Assembly (NCBI GenBank): GCA_051294375.1
Contig: CM119271.1
Location: 4,341,910-4,405,909, forward strand
Source of the DNA: Paraspadella gotoi
Lineage: Eukaryota; Animalia; Chaetognatha
Direction of reading: 5' to 3'
Length of the DNA: 64,000 nt
Shown: positions 43,191 through 56,556 of the stretch, piece by piece
How the letters are laid out: each line of letters starts with the position of its first letter
Numbering within the stretch: position 1 is the first letter of the stretch
Notes under the pieces: generated by a model
What the model was told of the DNA's origin: nothing
Databases searched by the model: none
Seen by the model: the letters and a program-made list of their open reading frames with translations, nothing else
Made by a program: the position numbers and the translations under genes

Positions 43191-45699
43191 TCTTATATTC
43201 AGGCTTGTCATCATCGATGTCCTTTAAAAATTGAGTCAGGACAAGTTATTAAATGTTTTGGTTTACATTTTATCAAAACAACAAATATCCTCTATTATCG
43301 AGCCAGGATGTGCGGGCAAGAAGCCGCCGTCCTGTCTAGATTTTTTTATTCGTTTAGCTTTCGGTCTCGCTTTTTTTGCAATCCAATAGGCTTCCTGAAA
43401 GTGTGATATCATGAGGGAGTTGAAGTTCATATATGGCTTCTAATCATCAAGATTTTAAAATTCTCATGTTTTCAATCAATATTGGTATTTGTTTAATGTT
43501 TTATTTACAAAACAAAAACGTCTCTTATTATATGTCGCTCTATCTCTCTCTTTTTCTCGCGTCACTACTTCTTCTAAAACAGTTCCGGCTCTGCAGCGTC
43601 TGTCCAGCAGCTTCTTTCTTCTCCTCTCTCTCTCTCTCTCTCTTCGTCGGACAGATTCCGTCTCTCTCCTCTCTCTCTTTTTTTTTTACAAAAATTTTTT
43701 AGAATATAATGTGGGTTCACTAATGTAAAAAAGCGATGCCATCGGCGCGATGTGTTGAGTGGGAGGATATCGCGAACAGGGCCGCGAACGCCGGGTCCTT
43801 TGGGTAGAGAATAGCTGTCCATGGCCTAGCGTGCGGCGCCAATAGTAGTACTGCTGATCTTTACGAGTAAAAGGGGCTGTAGAGCTTCTCTCGTCTCTCT
43901 CTCTTTTAATTATTATATAAATCGCTCTTTCTCTTTCTCTTTTTCTCCTGGCAGCGGCTGTCTCTCTCATCTCTCTCCTTTTTTCTCTCTTCTCATCTGT
44001 CTTCTGTCCTCTCTGGTGTGTGTCTGGTCGCTATCTGTCCGATCCTTTTTGCGTGATCGTTGTTGTTTTTTTGAAAATTCTGATTAATTTTTCCTTCAAA
44101 AAACTGTTTTTAATTATTGACCAATTTATAATTTCCGCCTGCTTTTTTTTCAATCAACAGAAAATCCAATACGATATTTTCAATCCTCCCGAGATTTTCC
44201 GGTGGAATTTATATTTTCCTTCTTTCTTTTCTCTTCTCTCTCTCTCTATCTCATCGTCTGTGTTTCTCTCCTCCATCTGCTTGTTTCTTTCTCTGTTCTC
44301 GCTGTCTCTGCTTTCACTCATCATCGCATTTGTTTGTTTTGAAATTGACTATCATCTGGCATATGAATGACAATCAATAATTTCGAAGTCAATGAATTGA
44401 TCATCATTGGGTGGGGTGGACATGGTCACCGTGATTGACTATCATGTACACATGCATGTGAATTGGACTATCAATCGTGCGACGAGCATCAATAATTGAT
44501 TATCATGTCGAATAAATAAATCAATTCCTAAATTAAACCAGTGTCAATTAAATGTACCTATTTGATACATGAGGGTATCGAATCAATTAGTAATTAACCG
44601 TTTCGCTCAATCAATTACTAGTACAATTCAAACAATTGTTCCGTTAATGGCATCGATTTCACATGCTCGTATTTTTTTCCCCTTGCGGTTTTTTTTTTTT
44701 TCATTATTTTCCTATGATAGTGGGCTCGTGGGCTCGGAATCGTGAGTCTTTAAGGAAGGATTTTTTATTTTTATGTCTCCTTCTACGTCTCTCTCATTCT
44801 CACTGTCTCTCTGCTCTCTCCCTCTCTATGTGTCATCCTCTCTCTCTCTCGCACCTGCGCTGGTCTCTTTCTCTCTCTCTCGTCTCTCGTCTCTTGTTTA
44901 TGGGCATAGCGTAGCGATCCTTAGCTTTTAAGATTTTATTTTTTTACTTGCATCCGGATCATTTTTTTTTTCACTTGCATAATTTTTTTTTCAACTTGCC
45001 ATATTCCCGTCAAACTATTATAGTCTAAGCGCTGTCGGTTCACTGGTCAGTTTTCCTACGTGCCCCCTACCGAGAACCGGGACTGTCATTCACAACGCTT
45101 ACAAAATTTCAATTGCCAATCTAATCATTGGGGTTACGGAAAATAAATAATAAGATTCAATGTAAAAAAATGTAGACTCATAAATTTTTGTCATTTAAAA
45201 AAACAATCATTTCCAACTGGATAAACGTTTCCTCACAACGTGAAAGCTTTAAGTTATCAAGCTTCCGTTCAATGCAGTAGCGTTTTCACCTAGACCCACT
45301 GTGATATAGGGTGGAGAGGTCATGTGTGGGCTTAGCGGCACACGAGTAAAGAAATTCAAGCCAATCCTATACATCCAATTATGATTAATTGGAGTATTGT
45401 TATTGGTTAAAATAAGTAAAGATAAAGATGTTTTGAGAGTAATTCGACGTTAGAATGTTTTTTTTTCCATTTAAGAAATCTAATTTCCACTCAGGACGAT
45501 TCCTCAATCTTGAAAATTTTTATTCCAGGCTTTAATACATCCACGACACTTTCCTAACCGATTCGGCCCAGACTAAAGCCCGAAAATTATTCCAATCCAA
45601 CCAGGCCAATCAACGAGTTTTATTGGAGCTTTTGTAGATGGGAACGGATGGACGGATTGAATTGACTTAATTTAATGTTAATTGAGTTGGATTCATTTA

Positions 45700-46404
45700 T
45701 TTACTAATTGATGCGTAATTACGTGACTTAATTGATTATGATTTATTAATACATTCTGCAGATACATTAATATAAAAGGAAAAGAAGCAATCAATTAGTA
45801 AAAAAACAGGTTTTTGTTTTATTTTCCCAATTTAAACTCATCTTCCTCCATTCAAACTATTCCTAGAGATTCGAAACTTGATTTCCTGTTTCAGTCACAA
45901 TTGGTAATAGCGATAGACACTTTCCTACCCACACATACCAAAATTCCAGGTCAATCAGCCCAATCACACTCATGAGCAATTGGAGTGTTCAAATAGTGAA
46001 TGATATTTTTTTGTTTTTTTCCATTTAAACTCAATTTCCCAACATACGGGAAGTACGAATTCCCATCGAAACATTAATTATCGACAGCTCAATCACACAC
46101 TTACCTATCCACAATTACGATGGGTCAAAATTTTCAATTTAATCCATCCATCCAATCACGAGTAATTGGTTGTTTTTTGCTAAAGGTGGGGACGGAACCG
46201 GACGGACGGACGACGGCAGACAGACGGACGACGGAAGCATCATTTTTTTTGTTGCATAAATTTATCAATAATTCCGATGTTCTGACATGATATAAGTGTG
46301 TGCCCGGACAATATTGGGGGGCGGACCGACGGACCGAAAAAAGTGGAGGTTATAAAAGTGAGTTATAGAGTCGGGATCTGCGATAAGCAGAATCCGACTA
46401 AAAA
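45700..46404 (-). mobile_element. HINE family B copy (indel-rich)
   Basis: Collinear with ~17150-17734, including the terminal hairpin at ~46369-46399. Confidence 0.7.
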
Positions 46405-46647
46405 TAGACGACGACGATGACGACGACGACAAAAAAAAAAGAAATTAAAAAAAGACAGACGGCGAAGATACGGCAAAGATGACAGGAAGAAGACGGTGAA
46501 GACGACGGCGAAGACGACAAAGAAGACAACCGCCCAAGGCGTCGTCATTTCCCCGGTACGAACACGATTTCCCTCTACGCTGAGGAGAGAAAATATGCAA
46601 ACGGCGTTCCTGGATCTTGACTCAGCCTTTTTTGAGAGAGAAGGAGA

Positions 46648-46703
<56 letters not shown>

Positions 46704-47266
46704 AGAAAAATTTATTTGCAAAGGTCAAACGGATTTTGGGAGATGATTAGGCGGAGGAGCGAAACTAGTTTAGAGAGAGGATGAGGTTTTTAGAGAGGGA
46801 GAAAGGGAGGAGAAGAGAACGAGGGAGTTGGAGAGTAAGGGAGGAGATTAAAAGAGAAATTATTATTTATTATCTACTTCAATCTATTTATCTATCTTTT
46901 CTTTCATTCAGTTGCGTTTTAAAATTGTTTGGAGCGAAGAAGGCTTACAATAAAGCCGAAACATGTCCGTAATTATGTTTCTAAAAATTTAAAATTCGTT
47001 ATTGTTAGGCTATAAAAATGTTTCTTGGTTCAAGCAATATTTATTTTCTAAGAAAACCTAAAGAGGGTGTTTAGCGAAAATAGTGGAAGGAACAGATACC
47101 GTCAGTCAGTCCGTCATTCTGTAAGAAGAAAGGATAATTCACGAAGAAAATAAAAAAGTGAAAAAAGAAAAGAGATTGGGATGAGGCAAAAAAAAATAGA
47201 AACCTGGGGAAGATTGAAAGGGAAGAGAGAGAGAGAGAGAGAGAGAGAAGAGAGAGGAGAGAGAGA

Positions 47267-47300
<34 letters not shown>

Positions 47301-47401
47301 AGAGAGAGAGAGAAAACAAGAATTAAAAAAGAGAAGGACAGAAAACGAAGCGAGAGTTCTGAAAGAGAAAGAGGAATAAATGCGATTGGGGCAAAAGGGC
47401 G

Positions 47402-47473
<72 letters not shown>

Positions 47474-47914
47474 GAGAGAAGAGAGAGAGTTTAATGAGAA
47501 AGCCTCGATTCACGGATTTCGCTTTGAGCGATGAATGTGATTCCTTTTCAACTCTCCCCTTGATCGCTCACGTCGTCTTCTTCGACTTTGTCGTCGTCGT
47601 CGGCGTCGTCGTCGTCATTGTTGTCGTTAACATCGTCGTCGTCTTCATCGTCTTCATCAATGGTCATTAGTTGCAATCGTTGTCATTTCCTCTCAATCTC
47701 AATGCATTTATAAATTCTGTCATCGTCGTCTTATGTCATCTCATTCTCTTTTGTCAATTTCTTCGTCGTCGTCTTTTTCGTCGTCGTCGTCGTCGTCGTT
47801 ATCATCGTCGACCCTTTCGCGACCCTAGAGGTGAAATCACTATGCATCATATGCATCATTACCGCTCGATGACCACTACCTTTTTCTCTGTCTCTTCTCC
47901 TTTAGCATAATCTA

Positions 47915-48047
<133 letters not shown>

Positions 48048-48359
48048 CTCACACACACGCACTCTCACACACTAACATTTCTAATTTTATATGTTACAAG
48101 TTATGTTATCCCATATAAAATCCAAACGACGACCCCAACGGCTAACGCCGCTAACGTACCTTTTTACGAATAATATAAACGCACTCTATAAATCAGTTCC
48201 ACTATTCTGAAAACCCAACATCGGTAACAAAAACAAACGCCGATAGCACGAGCCTCTCCTGGTTCGATGGGAATACTTTATATACAATCTACCACCTATG
48301 GGGCCGCCGTTTATTAATGCAGCGATACATCGCGATAAAACTATTTTTTATCCGCCCGC

Positions 48360-48600
48360 TTTTCTAGTTGCGCCGTGAGTACTCGCGGAGCAACGCTATA
48401 AGTCACTTTTCGGTCGGTCTGTCGGTCTGTCCCACTTTCGTTAAAAATGCATATAATTCGCCTATGGTTGGTTGCTCATTTGTTAAGACAGGAAAAAATC
48501 TCAAATCTTAGGGACTGCAAGCGCCGCCTTCAGGAAATCCTAAAACTATAAGGAATAAAAGACGAAATTTTGATGCATTGCATGTCATGAATACAAGGCA
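48360..48600 (+). mobile_element. HINE-like element, family A
   Basis: Terminal hairpin GTTGCGCCGTGAG-TA-CTCGCGGAGCAAC then (GGTC)n; body collinear with 2500-2680. Confidence 0.72.
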
Positions 48601-49543
48601 TTGGTATACTCGGTTATCCACATCTTTATTCACATCATAATGTTTCCCACAATCATATTTTATTATAAGTTAGCAGCTGTCCAGTTCCCACGAACCACCG
48701 TCATCGCATCGTTGCCATTTTTTAAAAAAATTCTTATTTTCCCAGTCAATATTCATAGCGAAGATTTTTTTTTTTTCATTTTTCCCGCGCGATGGAATTT
48801 TTCGCTTCGCCTCCGGAGAGAAAATGGCGATAATGAAGAAAAGTCCCTCAGGTGGGGAAGAGGGAGGGAGGGAGCAAAGGGGGAGGGAGGAAGGGAGGTA
48901 GGAAAGGGGTGGAAGGGAGGAAAGGAAAGGGAGAGAGGAGGAAAGGGGGAGGTAGGAAGAGAGAGGTAGGAAGGGAGTAGGGAGGGAGAAAAGAGAGGGA
49001 GGGAGGGAGGGAAGAAAAGGGAGGGAAGGGAGGAAAGGGAGAGGGAGAAGGAGGAGAAGGAGGGGGAGAAGAGGGAGGAGTGAGGAAAGGTGAGGGAGAA
49101 GGGAAGAAGGAGGGCTGTGCTGGAGGCTGGGCTGTGCTGTGCTCCTCTACCCCAGCCTCCCTAGTCGGGGGGTGCCGTGCTGGATGCTGGATGCGGTTTT
49201 CCTTTACCCCCAGCTTCACCAGGCTGGGCTACGGTGCTGAGGGCTTGGCTATAGCTGTTCTCCTCCAACCCAACTTCCTAAAATTCATCGGATTCTCTCC
49301 ATTACTTATTTTTTCCGTCAAATGAATAGAACAATATATTTAAATAAATGTTTCTTTTTATTAAAACCCTCGGCGTTTCTTCCCAATCGCCACGCCTTAT
49401 CCATATATACACGTCGGCAATCCTCGCTCGACGCGGCCGCCTTCGGCTAATCGTCCCCCTACCCCCCCCCCCCCGCCGCGTAACGAGTTAATAACTCCTT
49501 TTTTTCCCCCTTAAGACTTTTCACCATTACGACGCCCGGCGGC

Positions 49544-49577
<34 letters not shown>

Positions 49578-50419
49578 AATAACCGCCTTTAGTCCGCGGG
49601 GTTCGATTCGTATTAAGGCGGAAAGGAGAATCGCCGTCGACGGTTGACGACGGAATCCTTGTTGTCGTTGTTGTCGTTGTCGTCGTTGTCGTCGTCGTCG
49701 TTCCATTTTTTGCGTCATGAGTAACGGAGAAGAGGTGAAATTCTGACGAAGGTCAGTGATATTACGACAGTACGAGGTATAGATTAATAATTAACTAAAG
49801 TGTTACGGGATTAACTAAAAATTAAAAGTTCATCGGATGAAAAAGGCTGACTGACCGACCTAGGAAACAATGTGATGCGCGGCATGGATTTTCTTTCGCG
49901 GACGCATTTCTCAATAATAACTTACTATATGAAACGCAACAAGCCTCCTAAAATTGATCAATTAAGTATTAATTAAGTATTAGGTATTGATTAACATTAC
50001 CAAGTATTACACGAACCTTGTAACTTTCTGATCACGTGTCGATTGTCTAAACAAGAATGAAACGGGTCTGCTAAGTAGGTAGAGGGCATTGCTCAGGTTT
50101 ATCCCCACAATTAATCATTGTGCGCTAAATCGACAATTATTGATTAAAATGACTCAGTATATCATGTATTATGCCACATTGAATCTCTGGTCATCTTATC
50201 GCTTTTCTCGGTGCTGCCGTGACTGCAAATCTATGATACATATGCAATGCATATGCATTAAGGCGTAGTAAAATTTCTAAATTTAACTTTAATTAAAAAT
50301 TCTAAAAGTGAGGACGAACAACATTTACTAATGAACATTTATGTTAATAAAAAAATTTATAATAAATTTTACAATTACGCAGTAGGCCATATTTATACTA
50401 GTACTAAACTAATAAATAT

Positions 50420-50709
50420 TAAAATTTCAAAACAGTTTTTTAAAGATTTTTTTGCAGATTGGATTTGTCATAAAAAGTTGATAAAAAGAAATATAACTCT
50501 TTTTGAAAAATTTTTTCATTAAGTGGGTCAAAAATTAAAAAAAGCTATATTTAAGCTGAAAATTAATTTTTTATATATTAAATATAGTTTTTTAATTTTT
50601 AACCCATTTAATGAAAGAATTTTAAAAATGATTTATATTTTCTTTTATCAACTTTTGACGAGGAATTCAAATCTGCAATCAAATTAAGAAAAGCCTATTT
50701 TGGAAAATT
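50420..50709. repeat. Long imperfect palindrome (foldback/MITE-like)
   Basis: Arms of at least 100 bp (50452-50555 vs 50578-50678) around a ~20-nt spacer; the right arm runs into an N-gap. Confidence 0.75.
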
Positions 50710-51422
50710 NNNNNNNNNNNNNNNNNNNNNNNNNNNNNNNNNNNNNNNNNNNNNNNNNNNNNNNNNNNNNNNNNNNNNNNNNNNNNNNNNNNNNNNNNNN
50801 NNNNNNNNNNNNNNNNNNNNNNNNNNNNNNNNNNNNNNNNNNNNNNNNNNNNNNNNNNNNNNNNNNNNNNNNNNNNNNNNNNNNNNNNNNNNNNNNNNNN
50901 NNNNNNNNNNNNNNNNNNNNNNNNNNNNNNNNNNNNNNNNNNNNNNNNNNNNNNNNNNNNNNNNNNNNNNNNNNNNNNNNNNNNNNNNNNNNNNNNNNNN
51001 NNNNNNNNNNNNNNNNNNNNNNNNNNNNNNNNNNNNNNNNNNNNNNNNNNNNNNNNNNNNNNNNNNNNNNNNNNNNNNNNNNNNNNNNNNNNNNNNNNNN
51101 NNNNNNNNNNNNNNNNNNNNNNNNNNNNNNNNNNNNNNNNNGAGCAGAGAGGTGAAGAGACTGAGAAGACGAGAAGAGAGAGAGAGAGAGATGAGGAGAG
51201 AGAGCAGAGAGCGAGAGAAAAAAGAATAGATTAATTGTAAATGGACCCAGGCACCTTCTAGCAAGAAGGACCTATGGGTAAAGTGGTGTTCATTAAAATT
51301 CTATTAAAAAGTTTACAAATAAAGTCTACCAATCAATTATTCTGCTAAAGAGCGATACTAATCGATTAAGTTAGTAACTCAATGTACAAAAAAAGAATGA
51401 GTTCGCTTCTAGAAGAAAGTAG

Positions 51423-51468
<46 letters not shown>

Positions 51469-52316
51469 AGAGAGAGCAGAGAGAGAGACACACAACAACA
51501 ACGATTCCTCTCTCTCCTTCCGTTCGAACTCACCCCACCGACGACAGGTTATGGGTAAGTGTTTTCGTTCGTCGTCTCTTTTCCCTTTGCCCCATTAAGC
51601 AGATGGTCGGTCGTTTGACGTCAGCGACCTCTTTCGTTTCGGCGTGAGACTAATATCATTTTCGAATTCATGTCTGACCTTTTGTTTTTCGATTATCTAA
51701 ATCTAAGATCATTTCATCAACGCTGTCTGTTTGCAACTAAAGTCGACAATTAGTTACAATACTTTGACGTAAACAATCCTGATTACATAAATAAATCTGA
51801 TGAAATCTTAATAAATCTGAGATCACAAATTAAAATCCTTTTGCCTTCCGCACAGCATTTGAATAGCGAAAAGAAAGTTTTATTATTCTACTCTCCGGAC
51901 GGCGAATTTTAATAATTAATTCTTTTTTTTTATTATTTAAGATTCCATATAATTTTCAGGAAGATGGCGTTTCCGGCTGATAGAAAAAAACGCTAAGAAT
52001 ATTCTCCTAAAAAAATCGTTTATATAGAATTGCAAATGGTTTCATGGTTTTAGGTGAAACTCGGCGGCTTCAACCGAACACTTCCAATCCTTTTTGAAGA
52101 TAAGAACAAAGTCGACGCTCGTGTCCGGTTAAAACGTCAATCTACTCTAATAAACGCCTAACTGAAGAAAAAAAAACGAACCTTTCAAATCAACCGAATA
52201 TCTATCATCTACAAAGTAAAACTAAATCCATGTTTTTTTTTGTACTTTGACGCGTAAATCTTTATCCGTTTCACCTCCAACTATTCCAAATTTTGCCCCC
52301 CCTCTTTTTAAAACAT

Positions 52317-52898
52317 TCACATCCCGAGATCCTTCTTGGCTTGGCACGACACCTTGCAGATGTCGGGAATGACTTTTTTGGCGATTTCGATGGCCTCGTC
52401 CGAGTATTCGGCGCCTCCGAGCTGTTCGGCCAACGCCTTCTTCACTTTCTTTATCTCGTTCATCTGATCACGAGTGACGCCGGTCTTGGCGAGACGATCG
52501 TCGCTAAGACGCTTTCCACCTGAGAGAATAAACTCGTCTCAACTCAAACTCGAGACGAAAAGTCGTAGCTCTTTTACCCTCGAGAAGGTCCAAGATTCCT
52601 TTCGAAATAGACTTGCAGGACTTGACGCAAAGTTCGAAGGAAACTTGGTCGTCGTCGTCGTCGTCGCTGTCGTCGTCTCCGCCGTCGTCCCCGCCATTGT
52701 CGCTCGGGTCGACCGGGTTATTGACAGGGTCCGAATCGTCCTTCAAACAAAATTCAATCGAGAGATAATCATTAGTCCTCCGGGGCTTTTTTTTGGGGGG
52801 GGCGTTTAATTTCCTTGTTTTACCTTTTGAACGACGCGGGCCTGTCCGACCAAGACGCAGGCGGCCAAGACGAGGGCGATAAGGTGGAGCCACTTCAT
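52317..52898 (-). CDS. Three-exon gene for a 146-aa secreted precursor (signal peptide, Asp-rich spacer, two CxxxC motifs)
   Basis: Exons 52898-52824, 52740-52578, 52519-52317; GT-AG introns of 83 and 58 nt in compatible phases. Protein: MKWLHLIALVLAACVLVGQA-RVVQKDDSDPVNNPVDPSDNGGDDGGDDDSDDDDDDQVSFELCVKSCKSISKGILDLLEGGKRLSDDRLAKTGVTRDQMNEIKKVKKALAEQLGGAEYSDEAIEIAKKVIPDICKVSCQAKKDLGM. Confidence 0.8.
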
Positions 52899-53319
52899 CC
52901 TTCGTCGTCACTTTTCGTTTCTTCAGGCTTCTTTTTTTTCCTTTATTTTCAAGATTTAAATCGGAAAACGAAAAAAAATCGCGAAATCGCAAAAAAAAGT
53001 TTGTTTTGGTTTGAAAAAAGGTGAAGTGTTTGTTTGTTTGTTTGTTGTGGGGAGAATAAAGATCGATGGATCGAGTGACTTTTCGACGCCGTATAGAGCG
53101 CTCGGGCAGCACCGCGGAATAGAACCGGTAAGAAAAGGCGGTAAATCGATCGGACTATTTCGATTTCGAGAATTGGGAAATTAGCTTAGATTATAAATAC
53201 TCTTGTCGATGTTAAGAACAGGTTTTCTTACAACGTACAGGAGTTGGACGGTAGAGGATTTATTTATCGATTGGTTTTCGCTACTTGTCCGAATCAAATA
53301 GAATAAACTAGACTGGTGA

Positions 53320-53490
53320 GTAGAGTCTTGATTGAAAGCTTGCAGGTACCTTGCAGTGTCATTATAGTTGTAAGAGTGATGAAAGCCTTAAAACCACCAA
53401 ACCTGTCCGAAGGGCAGCCAAGGGCGTAAGATAAGCTTATGTTATTGAATGAATGGAGTAATTTGTGATATCGGTGTGTAACCAATTTCA
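53320..53490 (+). repeat. Dispersed repeat shared with 32025-32190 (and inverted 24040-24215)
   Basis: AGAGTCTTGATTGAAAGCTTGCAGG...TGTCATTAT..TTGTAAGAGTGATG..GC.TTAAA.C.CCAAA.CCTGTCC occurs at all three loci. Confidence 0.75.
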
Positions 53491-53671
53491 TGAGCATGGT
53501 ATTTTTTAGCATTTCATAGCGGGAAGGTTTAATGGAGAAACAGCTATTATAACGTCTAATAAGCTAATAAGATTTCTCCGTTCTCATGAAATTTGACTTG
53601 GTGACTGTTGAGACTGTGGAGTTTTCTTGTCGTACGCCTCCCTCTCCCTTTCTCTCTCTTCTCTCTTCCCG

Positions 53672-53709
<38 letters not shown>

Positions 53710-56469
53710 GTTTTTTTTTTTTTTATCTCTCTCTTCTTGATAAAATTAACCGTTTGTTGAATTACAAAAAAGTTGTGGGCGCAGAATGAAAAATTCCTCG
53801 TCCTTTCCGCGGCCTCTGGTAAATTAGTCCCTTAATTCAAACAATATGAAGACATGATCATTTGTTTCTCCCCAGGGGGAAGAAGAGTGAGACAGGGCGA
53901 CGAGAAGAGACGACGAGGAAGAGACGATGAGGGAGTCGGTGCAGATGGCGGCGGAGGGACGAGCGGGTGCGCGAGCGAGAGAGGAGAGAGACCAGAGCGA
54001 TGGCGGAGAGGAGGAAGAGAGAGAAGAGAGACGAGTAGCTAGAGACCGCGGATGAAGTAGCAGAGAAAGAGGGTGATGAGTAAGATGCCTCTATGAACGA
54101 GCAGGAGGAGAATAGAGGAGAGGAGAAGCGCTGAGGAGAGATGGATCTGCGAGGACGATGAGAGGATCAGAGAGAGGCACAGAGGAGAGAACGACTGAGA
54201 GAGAGCGGCGCAGTGGGTGAAGATTCCTGCTGGAGAGCACCAATGGCGCGGAGGGGTTGTGTAGGTGGCTGGGGGCGAAGGGCGCTTTTATAATTGATGG
54301 ATGCGTAAGCAATGAGGTGAATTACTGCTGGTGATGGGACTCGAGTAATATTTCTTAATCGCTTGAGGAACATTTTATTAATACTAGGTCGCTCGTTGTT
54401 GGCTCGTATAATATTAAGTATATTTAACTGTTTATATATATTTATCGACGTAACCTNNNNNNNNNNNNNNNNNNNNNNNNNNNNNNNNNNNNNNNNNNNN
54501 NNNNNNNNNNNNNNNNNNNNNNNNNNNNNNNNNNNNNNNNNNNNNNNNNNNNNNNNNNNNNNNNNNNNNNNNNNNNNNNNNNNNNNNNNNNNNNNNNNNN
54601 NNNNNNNNNNNNNNNNNNNNNNNNNNNNNNNNNNNNNNNNNNNNNNNNNNNNNNNNNNNNNNNNNNNNNNNNNNNNNNNNNNNNNNNNNNNNNNNNNNNN
54701 NNNNNNNNNNNNNNNNNNNNNNNNNNNNNNNNNNNNNNNNNNNNNNNNNNNNNNNNNNNNNNNNNNNNNNNNNNNNNNNNNNNNNNNNNNGGGGCAGAGC
54801 GTGAGGCGGGCACGTTATGTTTGAAAACGAGAGAACGAAAAAATTTTAAGTTCCGTTTCCTTTTTTTATTAAATCAGGTTTCTCCTGTTCGGTTTATTCA
54901 TTCGTCTCTTTGGTTTCACGGTTCATTTACGTATTTCCGGTTGATAAAACTGACGTCTTATTCTTGATATTGTGAAACGTCAGCGTTCAAAACATTTTTG
55001 AGGAGAGATGGCGCGACTGAATTCTGACAATCAGTCGGAAGTGTTGTCGTCGTCTGTCGAATCTTAAGGCTACCCAATTCTCCTTCGTGGGATTTCTTCC
55101 CTATTATATTAAAAGAATACTTTTGAAATTCATTTTCGAAATGTTACAAAATCAGGAACGAGCTTCATCAGAATACACCTTTTATGTCTTAAATATTTTG
55201 CTGCCATTAACATTTGTTTAAAGAATTTTTATATGGAAAATAAAATATCATTTTTAGCAATAGGTTTCTTGAAATTTAGAAAGCGATTTAGAGCGATTAA
55301 GAGCAATTTAGAGCTATTTAGAGCGATTTCAAATTGATATCTTCCTTCTTTAATCTCGACAACGACTAAAGAATATCGAAATGAGGATCTCACCTTTCAG
55401 TCCTTGATTTTTTTAATTTTTTTCTTCCTTTATGCATTCTTTTTATTTTTTAAATTTCGTAACCTCGCTTCCGTTAATTGCCCGTCGTTATATCATAAAA
55501 AAAATTTTAAAGGGAAGTGAAATAATGATCGCTTTTTTTTTATTAACCGGGCGACAAAAAAAATAATCTGCTTTTTATGACTTCCGACTTAAAATTTTCG
55601 GCGATAACCGTTAAGGCCTTTAAAAACGTAATAACCGCCCTCCCCTTAAGTCTCGGCGTCGAATCTTTAAGGAAAAAGCGCGAGCGCTTTGAAGCGAAGC
55701 GGCGGGAATGCTTTTGAATATTCATCGCTGAGAGAGAGAGAAAAAAAAGGATGTTTCAGTGACAATATTCTCTCTTAAGTTTAGTAAATGATTTGTTCCG
55801 TAGATAGTTAAGTTTTATGACGTCCAAAATAACAAACGAAAAGGTCATATATTCCTCGCCAAAGACAGCATATTTTACATCAAAGGACTAACTCACAAAG
55901 CGATAACAACAACTCACAACGACAACAACAACGACCGACAAACAACGACGTCAACAAAAGGCTCGTCCATCGCATTTCACATTTTTTTTATTTGTTTTTC
56001 TCAATTTTTTTCTCCCTTTTGACATCTTAATCGCTGACAGCTCAGGACGTCGTCGTCGTCGTCGTCGTGTCGTCGTTGTCGTCGTCGTCGTCGTCTCTCT
56101 CTCTCTCTCTCTCGTTATCAACATCTCAACAGTGCTGTGGTCGTCGTTGTTGTCGTTGTCGTTGTTGTCGTTGTCGAAATAGCAAACATCTTCATTCCTA
56201 CACTCGTCCAGATTTAGAAGAGAAAATTCTAATTCTGACGCCTGACGCCTAACGCCTGTCGCCTGTCTCAACCCCAAATATCTCTCGATCTAATCCGTCG
56301 CCAACTTCTTTGTCTCTCCTTATTCATCATCTGTAGTCATCATCTATAGCCATCGCCGTCCCTATCTCCTGTTCCCATCATCTGCCGACGTCGCCTGAGC
56401 CAATAATCTACAGAAATCATCTATTCCCATTATCCGTCGTTATCATTTGCATTCAACATCTGTCCAAAT

Positions 56470-56556
56470 TCCTTGTCGGCATCCCTTGTCGGCAACCCTT
56501 GTCGGCATCCCCTGTCCCCATCTCTTGTCGGTATCCCTTGTCGGCATCCCTTGTCG
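56470..56556 (+). repeat. 13-bp minisatellite (CCCTTGTCGGCAT)n
   Basis: Six to seven imperfect tandem units. Confidence 0.8.
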
